From Vicugna vicugna (taxonomy: Eukaryota): a stretch of DNA of 64,000 bases. Below are positions 1 to 13,923 of this stretch, piece by piece. The notes under the pieces were generated by a model that saw nothing but the letters and a program-made list of their open reading frames with translations, did no database searches and was not told the DNA's origin. Position numbers and translations under genes: made by a program. The stretch covers positions 8,107,627 through 8,171,626 of the forward strand of contig MU058423.1 of assembly GCA_013265495.1 (NCBI GenBank), read 5' to 3'. Position 1 is the first letter of the stretch, and each line of letters starts with the position of its first letter.

Positions 1-396
1 CGTGGAACCTCTACAGATGATTTTATTTAGAAAAAGGGTCTTTGTAGATGTAATTAAGCTAGAATCTTGAGATGAGGTCATCCTGGGTTTAGGGTGAGCC
101 CTGAATCCATGTATCTTTATAGGAAGAGAGGATACAAAAAGACGCAGGGAAGAAGAGCATGGCTGGAGACAGAGGCAGATAGGCTTTATCTTGCCATAAG
201 CCAGGGAATGCCTGGAGCCACCAGAAGCTAGAGGAGACAAGGAAGGGTCCTCCCCTAGAGCCTTTAGATGGAGTATGACCTGGGGATACCTTGGTCTCAG
301 AATTCTGGCCTCCAGAGCTGCAACAGAATACATTTCAGTTGTTTTAATCCATCTAGTTTGTGATGATTTGTTATGACAGTCTTAGAAACTAATATA
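1..396 (+). mobile_element. MaLR LTR, MLT1B-like (5' end cut by window)
   Basis: MLT1 hallmarks: agggtctttgtagatgtaattaag, gagccaccagaagctagagg, ctggcctccagagctg, 3' end ttgttatgacagtcttagaaactaata. Confidence 0.85.
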
Positions 397-989
397 CTTT
401 ACTCGAACATTCCCAAGATCCACACAAGCAGAAACCAACAGAATGGTCCCTGGACTTCAGTTGCCTGCCTTTGATTGAGAAGATGGCTTCTGTTTCCTAC
501 TGCCCCAGGTGTATCACTGAGTCACTCAATGATCCATCCCATCCCTCCAGGCAGGAGATACCCTGGCTGGGAGCCCAGCCTCTGCCTCCACACACACAAA
601 CCTGTCATTGTAACATTCCTGCTTCATGGCCTCTACTTTCTGAGCTGCTAACACACAAATGCTTATCACAAAATTGATTCTTTACTCCCCTTTCTGTATC
701 TTATCAGGCAGGGAAATTTGGGAGTTCCCAAGGTTTAAAAATGTAAGTAGCTGAGGACGTTAAGTATTTTTGTGGGTGTGTGAGTGTGTGTGTGCATGCA
801 CATGTGAAGCTGTGGGCAGCAGATGTAAGGTTCCTGATAGATTACGTATTGGCAACTTGCTGTTGCAGAACCGATGACTCCAAAACTCAGTGGCTTAAAC
901 CAACAGAAATGATTAAATTAAGTATCCCAAGGACTAGAAAAAGCTAATCTGGAATTTAACAACTACTTTTAGAAGAAGTGAATGGGATA

Positions 990-1440
990 CCCGTCCTCTA
1001 GAATATCCCCCATGATCTCTGCCTCCTGGCATTTATGCCTTTGTGCAGGGTCAAGGTTGCTGAGTGCAACCAGCAGAATTCTGTACAAGGGATGATATGT
1101 CACCTCCAAGGTGAGTTCTTAAAAGACATTGCTATTTCTGTCTCCCAACCCTCCTCTCTCTGATAATGTGCCCTGATACAGGCCAGCTGCCGTGTCATGA
1201 GGAAGGGTCCCTGTGGTGAGAAACTGAGACCCCCTAGCCAGTAGCCAGTGAGGAATTGAGACCTTCTGCTAACAGCCATATGAGAACACAATCTGGGAAG
1301 CAGATCCTTCAGCCCCAGTCAAGCCTTCGGATGACTGTTCCTCCAGTTGACATCTGAATTGTAAGAGATGATGTCCCATCTGACCTCGTGAGCGCCTCTG
1401 AGCCAGAACTCCTCAGTTAAGCTACTTTGGAATTCCAGAA
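990..1440 (+). mobile_element. MaLR LTR fragment, MLT1F-like
   Basis: ccccatgatctctgcctcctgg, gccagctgccgtgtcatgagg, gatccttcagccccagtcaagccttcggatgactg. Confidence 0.8.
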
Positions 1441-2806
1441 TATGTAATTTAGTCATCCTCCTTATTCCTACCCTCAAAGGGTTGGGTTATACTTTTTTTA
1501 ATCCTGAGAATTAAAAAGAAGGTAAAACTAAACTTAAAATAACTATGATTCTTTCTAGTGTCTAACATTCTGTGTGGAGTAAGATAGACAATAATTAGAA
1601 GAAGAAAATTTCAGTTACTTTCCTAATATGACATTTTACATCAATGGATCGTAAGACAGCATTCTTTACCAGCTAACCAGTTTCACTCTACAGATATTGT
1701 CTCATCACCAGAATAGATAGTAAGACAATATTTTCATTCCTTACATGAGATACGGCACCAAATCAAGATGCATTTTAGAATCATTGTTAAAGAAGGGACA
1801 AGATTATACAAAGTAAATGCCTGACATCTCCAATGTTTAAAATAAACAATTCACAATTGTTAAGAGGACTCTTACTGATGTCTTCTTACAATGTTCTTTT
1901 CTTTGGGAAAAGCTTTGTAACATCCATCTGGATCTCAAAGGCAAATCTCACCCCTCACAACATAACCATCAAAGTCATAATTACCCAAGGTCACGCGGTA
2001 GCGTGTAGCAACTCTTTCCCTAACACTAGAATTATGAAGGTGTTCTGCACAACAATTTTCACACACAGAATTATAATTTTGCATCATTTCACTTTTTTCA
2101 GCAATCATTTCCTCACAAATGTAAATATAAAAGAAAGGAAAGAAATTCTATTTGGTATGCATATTCAACCCTCCATTTTTTTTAAGTACCTAACTACAAA
2201 GTAATTGGTAACATCTGTTGGCATTGATGGTCGTCATGATTTGTGTGGTACCTAAAAATTCACTATAACTAAAGAAAAAGAGCACATTAACTTTATTTTT
2301 GTTTGGATAGTGATTCCAAGAACGCAGCCACAGAGTCTGGGACTGTCACTAATCCGGGAGTCACTCAGCAGAAATATGGTACAATAACATGCGGTTGATA
2401 CACTGAAAATTACAGCTAGCCATAAAATGCTAATTGTTTTTTTATAAGTCTCCAGGCCATAGCCAACTGGATTGCTGCACAGCCACTGGAAATCTTGGAT
2501 GGTTCAAAGCAAACTTTCAAAAGAAATTTATAAAAAGCAAAGCAAAACAAAAAAACAGGAAATGTGGAAACGATCTGGAGTCAGGGCTTCCCTTTAACAC
2601 CAGCAAAGACTGTGAAGGTATGTCCTGCCTGCGGTAGAAAACACCAAACTAGCAGCTGCAGATAAATGATGTAAAATTATTTCATCATTTATTGTGATAT
2701 AAATTTTTTCCTATGTTGGCAGAGAGGAGATGGTGTTGTTTTCTGCAACGATAGAGAATATGATCTTTCTTTTTAGATCACTCATCTAGTGCATTGATTA
2801 TACACA

Positions 2807-2944
2807 TTTATGTATTTATTTATTTATTTTGGGGGAGGAGGTAATTAGGTTTATTTATTTATTTTAATGGCAGTCCTGGGGACTCAGCCCAGGCCCTCCT
2901 GCACGCTAAGCACGCCCTCTACCACTGAGCTATGCCTTCCCCCC
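2807..2944 (-). mobile_element. Camelid tRNA-derived SINE (vic-1 type)
   Basis: Reverse complement reads GGGGGGAAGGCATAGCTCAGTGGTAGAGGGCGTGCTTAGCGTGCAGGAGGGCCTGGGCTGAGTCCCCAG..ATTAAAATAAATAAATAAACCTAATTACCTCC; A box, degenerate B box and A-rich tail. Confidence 0.9.
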
Positions 2945-3224
2945 ATAAGCATTTCTAAGAAGGCCACAAGTGCCTTTTGCCGTTGGTACCCTCAGGGTAG
3001 CTACGTAACAGAAGGAGTGATTCAACACCACCGGTGATGGAGAATGAATTAGAAAAGGTCAGTAAATTGACAAGACTATCAAAAATTCTACGATGCCTTC
3101 CATTCTCTAGTAGCTTCAACAATGTGGATTTATTCTTATAACGTTCAATCTTTTTTGTAAGATCAGAGTATAGAGCTGAAGTCTCAGAGCTGTTCCCTGA
3201 ACTTCATCTATTTTTTTTTTCTCC

Positions 3225-4100
3225 TAAGTATGTATTGAGCACCTTCTATGTGCTTTCACTTTAGGGTGAAAGCTCCGACAGTGAACAAGAAGTTGTCACT
3301 ATCCTTAAGATTAAAGTGTAGTAGAGACACCAGGCAGGGAAATGGGTATCTACAAGACAGTGTGATAAGCACTACAGGAGAGAGAGATGCAGTTGTGATG
3401 GGAACCCTGAGTTTCAAAGCAGGAAAGACTTCCCAGGGGAAGTTCATCTCAGAAGTACGGGCAGGACAATTCCAGGTTTAGGTACAAGATCTGAGGGCAA
3501 GAGACAACCTGGTGTGCTAGGATGGGTGCAGTTCTGCACGAAATGGAGCAGAGTGAAGACGGTTGTTAATAAAAGAGTGATGTCAAATGAGCGAGATAAG
3601 AATGAAGAAGGTCCAGACAGGCAATAAAAAGATTTGTTGACTATAACCTTGCAACAAAGAGATGAGCTGTAACTAGTTAAAGGAGTGAGCAAGTCTATCA
3701 AAATCAGGAGATGAAAAGAGAATCATAAACTGGAGACATCCTGACTCCAGAAACTATAATTAAGAAATATCGCAGAAACGTCACAGACAATGATTCACAA
3801 ATAAAATTTAAAGTTGTGCATTTTGAAGTAGAGGGATTATGAGAGGAGGCAGGAGAGCTAAAGAGAAATCAGGTCACAATAATAAGGAGTTAGGATTACA
3901 TCTTGTGATGACAGGGAGGTACTAAAGTAAAGCAATAGGAGAAAACATAGGCGTAGCATATTTGCACCTTAAAAAGGACCACTGTGCTTGTTCCGTGGAG
4001 AAAAGACTAGAGGAAGACTAGATGGCTGGCAAAAAAAAAAAGTTAATAAGATATTGCTGTTATTCAGGAGAAATATAATGGCAATCAGGACTATAGCAAT
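3225..4100 (-). mobile_element. L2 LINE fragments (degraded)
   Basis: tattgagcaccttctatgtg..acagtgaacaaga (L2 3' end reversed) followed by patchy L2-like sequence. Confidence 0.6.
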
Positions 4101-4359
4101 GAAACAGTAATTACAACCGGTTTATGATGAGCACCCATTATGTGTCAGGAGCTCTTTTAAGCACTTCACCTGTGCTAATTCACTTACCCTTCTAGCAATG
4201 TTATAGAGGCAAATCCTGCTAGTACCTCACATGGCAAAAGAATTAATCCTCCACTCGATATCAGACTTCAAAGTCTTAGGGAAATTCTAAGAATACATGA
4301 TTTAGCAAAGGCCTTATCAACCTAATTAGGGCAATGAGGCGCAGGAAATCAGCTCGTAC

Positions 4360-4696
4360 TGTTAAAAGATAAACTGAGGCATATTAAAATTTCAATAGTT
4401 TATTTGAGCAAAAATCTATTTGAAGCAGGCAGTACCAACCCAGAAGTAGTTAGGAGCACCCCACGGACAGCAGCCTGGGGAGAGACTTTTATAGAGAGGG
4501 GGCAGAAGCAGAGAAAAGACATTATTGATTGGCTGTAGCTTTAAGCCTTAGTTGGCTGTTTGTGACTGACTGACCTTCGGTTTCAATTTCGTAACCTTGA
4601 GGCTCTTACAGATTTAGATTCTAGTTTGCTTACATAGGCTGCCAGGGCATTAAAGCCACCCCAGGCTAATGGCTTCCTTGTATAATTAATTTAACA
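4360..4696 (-). mobile_element. ERV1-class solo LTR (MER57-like)
   Basis: Inverted termini TGTTAAA...TTTAACA; minus-strand AATAAA (tttatt ~4399) and TATA-like (ttttata ~4487); degenerate 4-bp TSD gtac/atat. Confidence 0.8.
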
Positions 4697-5399
4697 ATAT
4701 CAAATTACACACAAGAAATAATCAACTCCTTACTTCTTAAAGTTCCAACTTCAAAGGAGAATGGATTTCATACAGGAAAGATTGTATTCAATAGCAGTTC
4801 GTGCTGATTTAAACAAGCAGTTATTAACTTGCAAAAAAAATCAAGTTCCCAATATACAAATAATTGATTTGGAAAGAAACCAATGAACTTCTTGTGATAA
4901 GGTATTTGAAGGAAGAGTTAGCTATTGATTTATTTGTTTGGGAATGTTTTATCTCCCAAGAAATCTTGTTTCACTAAATGGCTAAACAAATGAGAGTAAC
5001 CTAAAAAATGGGTAAGGGTTTACATACGCCATGAAACCTCATAGGTCGCATTTTTCACTCTCAATGATAGCCTCAAATTGCTGGCGACAAAACAGGGGCT
5101 ACATGGCTTGTCTCTTACAAAATGTGAGATTTTAAAATCTGCATATGTAAAATTCAATTCTTCAGATGCTTCCTCTGAGCTCAAGGAATTGTAGGGTTCC
5201 AGGATTCCGCTGTCTCTAAGTACCCTCACGGGCCAACCCATCCTCCGCTGTGCCTCGTTCAGTTGCATGTGAAAGCGCTGAGGAGCACCAAAAGGCTTCA
5301 TTTACGACACACGAGAGAGATGGAGCCTCTGGGTGAGGTTTCCTCTGTCGTCGTGGTAAGAAAACACGCTGCCTGCCTTACACTTGCAATGCAATTGTT

Positions 5400-5790
5400 T
5401 GTCACAGGGCCCAGCAGTAAGGTTAAGAATTGCAGGATTGGAGATATATGAAATGTAGACAATATTCGATTCATAAATCACTCAGTTTATCGCACACAAT
5501 TAGTACACAGCACAGGTTAGTCCCCAAAGGGAGATCCAGAGAACGGGTGTCACAGCACAAGCTGCAGCCTGGCAACAAGTCTCTTCATGAGCATGAGTGG
5601 GAAGCAGCGCCAACAGGGCCTCCAGCAGCATCAGTCTGGAAGAGCTCTCAATGCGTGGAGATGGGTCGTCCAGGAAGGAGTCTTGTTGTCCTCTTTTTAA
5701 GGAGTAACGGTTATTCCAGAGGAAGGGGTCTTGGCTCCATCCGTTGTGACTTCTGTTCCAGTGACACACATTGCCCATAGAATTTCTCAC
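5400..5790 (-). mobile_element. Possible ancient solo LTR (family not identified)
   Basis: On minus strand: TTAAAAAG TATA-like, GATAAA poly(A)-like signal, ends ..GGGCCCTGTGACA; LTR-like order of elements only. Confidence 0.35.
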
Positions 5791-6755
5791 CTAAAGTAAC
5801 ACTCTCAGTTTATCACTCTAAGACACTTGCAGTCTGAAGCAGATGTTTTAAAACAACGAACATGGAAGTTCACATTGGCCACTGTGACTCCGTTTTGAAT
5901 TACTTCACAGAGCTTAACATAGTTAAATCCTCTAAGTTTCAGGCAAGATGAGTGTGAATCAGAACCCAGGATAAATCACATTATGACAGCAATACATTGG
6001 ACTGGGGCAAGAGAACGGGGAGTGTCTGAACAGGCCTGAATCATACCTCGAGGGACACACCACCGATCTGACTCTGTCTGGGTATGCTGTTCTGAAGTTT
6101 TACCTGGTTTTCCCTTTAATAGCCTGCAAATTAGGCAGAAAGCTTCAAATGTACAAGCCACAGACAATGCCTGCTGTCTCATCACCAGCTGGGCACCCTG
6201 CTTCTCAGACCAGTTCACGCATTACAGACCGACCCAATGATAGTCTACTGTCATGTGGTGTTTCCTCCTATCCCTGCTGAGACTCCCTAAAACATTCTCA
6301 CCAGAAATTCCTGGAAATAAAGTACCCCGAATTTTACAGACCCAAGCGAGTATAATTTTAGAACACTACATTTTAGTGAGTTCTCTTTAACAATGAAAAG
6401 CTTCTTTGGGGAAAAGAGATCATGAACGTGGTTTTAGAGTGTGGTCACGATGCTGGTCTGAGTTTTTGCCTTCTTAGGCAACCTCGCTTGCATTATCAGT
6501 CAGTGCACACTATCTGGCATTAAACAGTAAACCAGTTGGGCTCCATAGCGAGGTCTTGAAATAGTTCAACCCCCTAGAAATGAAGCAATAGCCATTACAG
6601 TAGCCCAGCTGCTTTAAAGCAACTGCAAGTAGGGAAAGTCTCGTATCAGACGGAAAGTAGTTCCATGCAGTGGAAACAGCACAATATTGTTGCAGACAGG
6701 CTTGAATACAAGCCAGGTTTTTCCACTAATCAGTATTGTGATCTTAAGAAGTTAG

Positions 6756-7246
6756 TGTCAGGAAGGGGAAATTTCCCCTTTCCTCTTCCCTTCTCGCTGG
6801 TTCTTTTGGTTGGTCAAATCATTTAAATGACATAAGACAGATTAACAGAAAATCAAATTTAATTTTGTGTGTATGGGGATTTCACATACACAAGAAATTC
6901 AGAGACAGAAAAGGGAAAATGAGGTATATACGTCATCTTATGCTGAGAAATGGGATGGGGCCTGGGGCTTCCAAGGACAGGAGGGTCATTAACAGGATGA
7001 TAAGAAGAACAGATGTTAGATTATTGTATGTTTGCCCTGCCATATAGATGAGGCCAATTAGATAAAATTTATCTCTGGTAATAACTCTTTTTCTCAGAAA
7101 AATCCCCAGTTTAAATTCTTCTAGGTAGTTAAGGGGCGGGGCCAATAATTTCTCTTGAGCCCATAGGGTTTCCATTGCCTACAGCTCAAAAAAAATCCTC
7201 GTGCCAAAGTGACACATCTTGGGGAGGCCTGTTCTGAACCCCTCCA
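6756..7246 (-). mobile_element. ERV1 solo LTR (MER34/MER39-like) inserted into a MIR
   Basis: TG...CA termini; cagctcaaa..gtgccaaagtgacacatcttggggaggcctgttctgaacccctcca resembles reversed MER34-type start; TSD ttag/ttaa; MIR halves at ~6690-6755 and ~7247-7350. Confidence 0.8.
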
Positions 7247-8649
7247 TTAACTTAAATATCTGGGCCTCAATTTTATCACTAACAAAATAGGAGCTATAAT
7301 AACTGCCCTTTAAATCATTATTAAGTTTATTTTTTAAAATGTAAACATGTGGTAGGCATTATTATCACTTTCAGGATTCTCAAGCAACTGGTCTCTCGAA
7401 AACCTGGGAAAACCGTGTAAGCCAAGTAGAAAACACATTTGAGAAACAACATGAAATTGTCTCATGCACCTCCGTCAAGAAACAAGTTGACTCCATTTTA
7501 GCACAGACTTCAGAACAAATGTTGTTCTGAAGGAAAACAAATGCTTGCAGTGAACTGACCACAGCTGCAAAAGAAAAAGCCCATTCTTCACACTTGCAAA
7601 ATATATATAAAGGTGGTTGTCAGCCATGATTATAGCAGCACGATTTTTTTAATTAGAAGAAATTATAGATACATTGTATTTGCAGTGTCTAGTGATAAAA
7701 CGTAAGTAATCAAATAATATCCATGACTTTGCAAACCATAGCCTTTTCCCAAGCACCTGTATTAAAGCTCCCAAATGATCCTAAAGATTCACCAAATATC
7801 CTACATATCACTTCAAAACTATTGCAAAAAGCCCGCACATTTCCTTCAAGTCCTCAGTGAATAATGACGTGTCTCCACTGCTGGTAAAATTCTAAGATAT
7901 ATTCACGCTGTTTTCTCTGTTCTAGACGTTTGTGTTTACTGCATCATAGTGCGTAATTCAGTATCTTATACATAATAAGCATTTCATAATTACTTTACAG
8001 AAAATAGCCACAGTGAACACAAATGCAATTCTTTAATCAAACAACAGATGATTTCACTTTAAAGGGTATAATACTATTGAAACATCCATATTAAACATGA
8101 GCTTTGATTTGAAGAGGATTACAGCTTGTGAGTTGAACAATTATAGGTTTCATGTTTTGCATATTTATTTCCAAGTCTACCTTCTATCTTTAGTCTGCCA
8201 ACATTTTGGACTGATTTGACCACATAAAGGTCCCTGAATTTCTCATTTCTGTTATCCTCTAATGTGAAAAAAATTAGTATTTTATCACTGAAGTCATAAT
8301 GCCATAAAATACCAATCATAAAAACTTTCAATGACCTTACATACTTGAAAACATTAATGAATTGCAAAAATCGAAATTGATGTTCCTCGTTTTGGTGCAT
8401 AAAAAACAAGAGTATGTCCCATGATAAATCACCCAGGAACGTACACCAGAACCAACAGGGAACCCGGAGAAGCAGCTGCTTTCCTGGCAGCAGGAGTGGC
8501 AGCATCTGGAGCACCTGTGCAGCAGGCTGCATCGAGGTGCTGCGACTCTCCCCTGCGATGCCACCGCAGCAACTTAGCCCTCACCATCATGTGAAATGTG
8601 CCACAGTCACTTTCTCATAGTTTACAAAGGGACTGGAAATGACCTACAT

Positions 8650-9160
8650 CACCAGCACATGAATTTTTTTGAGCTGCAGGCAATGGAAACCCAATGGGCT
8701 TTCCTATACAAGACCTCATAAAGATCCAACAATGAGGCTCACTACCAAAATAAATTAGCTTCAGCAAATAGAGGCTTCCTTCCGACAGAAAGTCCAGGAT
8801 AGGCAAACAAAAGCTGATACGGTGGCTTCATTATTGCTTGGGACTTGGACTGTTCTCAGTTGAACTACGTCGTGATTACTTACACTCGGTCCAACATGGT
8901 GCTCCAGCCATCATATCTGAGTTATAAACAATAGGAAGGCATTAGGAGGAATCAGGCTCAAAGTACACCTACCACCTATCTTAAGATAGTTTCCCAGAAG
9001 CTGCCACACACTTACACTTTGGCTAGACTTCAGACATATGACCATACCTAGCTGCAAATGTAGTCCTTACTCCAGCCAATCATGCACCTAGGAAAAACTG
9101 GGAGCTCCAAGCAGAGGAGATGGATATTAGGATGTGCAACACTCATCTATGCCACAGCAG
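8650..9160 (-). mobile_element. Old MaLR LTR (MLT1I/J-like)
   Basis: aacatggtgctccagccatcatatctgag, ttcccagaagctgcc, catatgaccatacctagctgcaa. Confidence 0.65.
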
Positions 9161-10311
9161 GTAAAATGTCAAGAATTTGAGTAGAATACATGACAAAGAG
9201 TATTTGCAAATGTGGGTGTTATGAGAACACAGATCTAGAGGGAAAGGAAATGCTATGGTGCTTGGCTTTGCTACTGACTCACAGATCAATACAACTTGAA
9301 TTTGCAGAGTTCTCTTAAAACATTTCTGAGGTCCTCATACACTAGAAATTATTTTCAATGCCATAAGTTTCACAGCCCTAGACTAGTCTCCAATCAATCA
9401 CAAGTGGCCAGAATCCTTTGTGAGACTTCTTTTGACCAGATATTCTTCTACTTGGTCCAAGAAATGTTTACGTATAAGAAAGCCTTTGATCACCAAATTA
9501 AGATTCAGATGTCAAGCAGGTGTCAAGGGAGTAAAGAGTTGAAATGAGTGGTAAATGAAGACCTAGAACAAGATCTTCAAAGATTTTGAGGTGGGGCTGG
9601 AAATAGTAGATTGACACCTTGCCACCCACCCACTACTCCCCTCCCAACTCTCCATCACCCAAGCTCAGGCCAATTAGTCATCCTACACTAGAATATAAGC
9701 CAGCCAAGTATGACGCCCACCTAAAGCACTAATCAATCATTGTGGAGAAACAAATGTCTCCATTTAGCAAAACATGACAGTTTCAACAATATAGTCAATA
9801 ATAATAATAAACCCAATATTAATAACAAACTCAAGTAAGGAGTATAGTTCAATCACTGAGGTATTTGGCAGAAAAGAGAAGACGACCTCTTGGCAATCTT
9901 TTGTGTCATGTTTTTGAACATTCACAGACTACAAACTTCCTTTCTCTTTTAAGGTAGAAGATATGTATTTTTCAAAAGAGGACAGGATTTTCACATAGGT
10001 CTCAAAAGTTAGCCAAGTGTTTTAAGTCATTCCAGGAACATTTTGCTTTGTTTTGTTTGCTTGTATTTAGTTTTGCTTATTTAATGTGACAGTACAACTA
10101 GGGGGTTCTTCTCTACTACTATTTCATAGAAATTCTAGCACAATTATCCCACAAGGTGATCACAATGCACTCCTGACTTCTGTCAGTGATCCTGCCTGCA
10201 ATATCACGATTCAACATCACAATCTTATGACAAGTGTTCACAAGGACTTTCCAGTGAAAACATGTTGAGCCCAATTATTTGCAAGAAGAAAGGGAACTTC
10301 TCTTAACAGGC

Positions 10312-10823
10312 TGTGGTCACCAGCTTCCAAGATGGCCCGCAATGGTCCTCACCTCCTTGTCTTCACACCATGTTAGTCTCCGTTTATGCTGCATCAGTGC
10401 TGGTGTAGGTGATAAGGAAAACATGGCAGACTTGATAGTGTGCAACATTCAAGGACAGGCTGTCAATAGTATTGAAGCTTTGGGTTTTTTTGGATGCTCC
10501 CTTCAGTGGAAACCAGCTATCATAACATGAGGACAGTCATGCTATGGAGAGCCCTGCAGCAGACATTTCACCAAGAGTCCCCTCTAACTGGCCAGCCGCA
10601 GGGACTACTTTGGTGGAGGACCCTTCAGCTTCAGTCAAGCCTTCAGATAGCCGTGGCCCCAAATGACATCTGAGATTGCCATAGGGGCCTTCAAACTTGA
10701 GTCCAGCCTAGCTGCTCCCAAATCCCCATTCACAGAAATGGTCATAGACAGTAAATACTTTGCTTGTTTTTAAGCCTCTTAATTTAGGGCCAATTTGTTA
10801 CACAGCAATAGATAACTATCACA
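10312..10823 (+). mobile_element. MaLR LTR, MLT1F-like
   Basis: cttccaagatggcccgcaatg, cagtcaagccttcagatag, 3' end ttgttacacagcaatagataactatcaca. Confidence 0.8.
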
Positions 10824-11318
10824 ATCGTACCCTTTCCTTTACAGCTTTTACGCACTCGCTAATTCCCATAAAGAGGTATATCGACCTGAAATTCTCCTTC
10901 AGAATACATGCACGTGCATATACACACACACAGCCAAGTAATCAGACTGAATGTTCGACAGTATCTAGCAAAATTGCACTGATCACTCCAGAAAGGCTAG
11001 CATGAGACTAATCTGGCCTGACTAATCCTATTGCTATGCCTTCCCTCTCTCTCAAGGATCTCAGAAAATATCTCCATGATGTCATATTTTAAAATAGTCA
11101 TGTTGGTCCAATGAATCAAGAAGACAATATAGAGTTTGGGGAGATGTAGCCTCCTCCAGCTGACTTTCAAGTTATCAGTCTGTGAAAAATGTCTCTCATT
11201 TGTTTAGATGTCTTCAGGTATCTGCTACATCTGAGCCACTCAGCCACTCAGTTCCCTCTTGTTTCAGAAAATTAATTTCTCAGCCAGGGATGTGACCATA
11301 TGCTTAATCATTGCTCAC

Positions 11319-11337
11319 TAGTGCCACCTCCTGGACA
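11319..11337 (-). promoter_or_regulatory. CTCF-binding motif (candidate)
   Basis: Minus strand TGTCCAGGAGGTGGCACTA versus consensus TGGCCACCAGG(G/T)GGCGCTA, in unique sequence. Confidence 0.6.
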
Positions 11338-13923
11338 TCTGACCCTTTGTAAATATTAAATCACAGTGAAGGTATTCGTTCTTGTCTCAAGACATTGAAG
11401 AAAGGCTTTCAGTGCAACATAGTTACGTTCACATTTTACTGCATTAGCTTATTTAAGTAACAAGCACTTAGCCCAACAGACAGTCAACCATGATACTATA
11501 ATACGGCTTAGCTAATAACTGAGACAACAGAATGGAGTTTCTATTCATTGCTTCTCTTAAAGTCAAATACTCTTTCTGGAACCAGCTAGCTGTGTGACTT
11601 GGGACAGACCACTTGAGTGCCTCATGCCACCATTTAAAATAAACGGAGTCGTGCTAATCTAAAGTAGGGGAAGAATAAACCACATTAATTTCAAATTATA
11701 AAGTTAAATTATGCCAGCATAAAAATGTTGAGTGTGGTGATTTGAGGGAAAAGCCAAACAGGCACACCCCCTCCTTTATTATTATATATTTTGAAAGTTG
11801 AATCTCAACTAATAAAAGTTATCCTTAGTGCTTTACAACCTTAATGTCATACACCCTTTGTACTTCTAAACGAACACTGTGGTTCTCTTTCTTATCTAAT
11901 GTGTATCTAAATCAGAATACTTTACCTGCTTCTTGTGACTCCTCTTGTTTTCAAATACATGTCTGCATCTCTGATTAGGTTTATAATCTACCTATGCTTA
12001 TTCCTCCCATTTCAAAATACATGTTTGAATTGCTTCTGAATGTGTATTGTGAATTTGCGAACCTGTGAGTACTGGACACCCCTCTTCAATGGATCTCTTA
12101 TAAACAGCTCCTGGAAAGGAGAGGGGTGCTCTTGGGGTGTATTCCTGTGTAAATGAGAATCTGTAAAACTGATACATTAGAAACTGAGATGATTAGTCAC
12201 CTGGCTTCTGACTAGTCGATGTTCCCTCTTTTCTTCCTGCAGGCATATCCTGAATAAATGATAAAAAGCCATGTTTCAAAAATGTCTGAATCTGTGGTCT
12301 TAATGTTGACAGCTCTCTACTAAACATTTGCATAGCCGTTATCCTTTCAACAAGCAGCCCACCATCACGACACCATATTTATTTAGCACGCTTCCTCTTC
12401 AATCATTCCACTGGAAACAAATAACATGCACACAGAATTTTCTGAGTACTTCTCTTGGAATGCAGACGTTGGTAACTGTTTAATTAAATCCTGTTTAAAC
12501 AGTTATTTTTCACTTCTTCAGCTCTTCTTATCAAAACTTTAAGGAAACATGCTCTCCATAGTTAAAATAGTCTGATGGGCAGGAAAGCGTTCCCAGCAGT
12601 TCCCAGTGTTCAGCCAGTGGCTCTCAGAAGCCATCTTTCACAAAATACTAGCAAAAGATTGGTTAAAAGGGATTGGCAAGATAAATCCTAACACACACAT
12701 TTAAATTCCAGGCATCTCCTTAAACCCATCCTCGTCTACCCTGGAATGTCCTTCACCTGCCTTGACCTGAGAGGTCAGTTTCATTCCAACAAGACTGAAA
12801 TAAAGCATCTTAATAAAGGAAAATCTCCAGAGTGCTACATCCTTTTTAGGGGGGTGGCTATCTATTCTTGGAACAAGTCTGTCTGAGCAGATCAGCTACT
12901 CAATGTCCAGAGGCTTCGGCTGACAGATTATATCCAAAACGAACACTTCCCCAGTTCGAGGAGGGGAAAGTGGGCAGTGAATGGACAGGGAGCCAGCTTG
13001 TGGACCATATGCAAGTGAAACAGCTTGCAGTCAAGCCCGCCTGTTCCTCCCACTCTCCCATCCTCTTCAACGAGCAGCCCAGCTGTCAGCGCTGCCCCAC
13101 TGCCTCTCCCACGCCAGCCAGAGAACACCTCCTAGATGGCCTGGCCTATCGTTTTCTTTCTGTCTCCCATGAAGTCTCTACCCCCCCACTGTGCAAGGAG
13201 CAGGCACCCTGGATATTTCACGTCATTATTTTGCTATTCGCCATCTCATGCTGCTCATTTAGAGGTGTGTATAAGAACTGTACATTTATATTCTTAAAAG
13301 GCAAGAGAGGCCACTAGGCTTGCTCACAAAATGTTCTTTCCAGTAACAATGTGAACCGTCTGGTGTGATGGATTTTTGGAGCTGTGATCTTTGACGTATA
13401 AAATGTCATACAGAGACTTTAAATCCTAGGACTGAGTTATTTGGGGGTAAAAATAAAAAGGACCTTCCCAGTAGTTATATTTCTTGGTGATTAAGGCTCA
13501 TAAAAAAATAACTGATGCTATGGTATAGAAAAACATCAGGGTGCAACTCTTCACATGTAGTGCAGAAATTTCATTTTTGTCCCACCTCCCCCTCCATTTC
13601 TCCTCACTACCCACTACTCTACCAAGGAAATCTTGAAATGCAGAAAGGAGAGAAACCAGAATGATTCTTTCATTTTTCAGCCCAAATGATAACCATATTT
13701 CCCTTCTTTCCCACAAGAGTGGATCAACACACACCACACAAATGCTTTGCTTTCTGAAGGCTTTGTGAGGGGAAATGGACGAGGCTGGGTGAGGGGAAGA
13801 AGAGGAAGGAGGCTTATGTGGGTAGAAGAATGATTGTGTAACTGGATGCACTACACCTGCTCCAAGGAGGGAGCAGGCATTTCCAAAGAACACCCACTTC
13901 CTCCTGCTACTTTCTACTGAAAT

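Noticed and set aside
1833..2204. 123-aa ORF / possible mitochondrial insertion
   Set aside because: No recognisable protein or mtDNA gene similarity; composition typical of non-coding DNA.
4453..4474. REST/NRSE-like motif agcaccccacggacagcagc
   Set aside because: Half-site spacing is off by 2 nt and the 5' TTC is missing; it lies inside an LTR.
5481..5814. 11-bp direct repeat ctcagtttatc flanking ~310 bp, a possible TSD
   Set aside because: No poly-A tail or element termini at these points; probably chance.
5700..8532. Three-exon minus-strand gene model (..FINVFK / LLKGKPGKTSEQHTQTESDRWCVPR / GEKFYGQCVSLEQKSQRMEPRPLPLE*) from segments ending ~8345, 6047-6123 and starting ~5790
   Set aside because: Phases can be joined, but I recognise no homologue, the last acceptor is weak, and the last segment lies in a probable old LTR. 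It could still be lncRNA exons.
8337..8564. Cys-rich ORF resembling a keratin-associated/LCE protein (RCSRCCHSCCQESSC)
   Set aside because: Non-ATG start, short, and the Cys pattern follows from CAG/CTG-rich composition.
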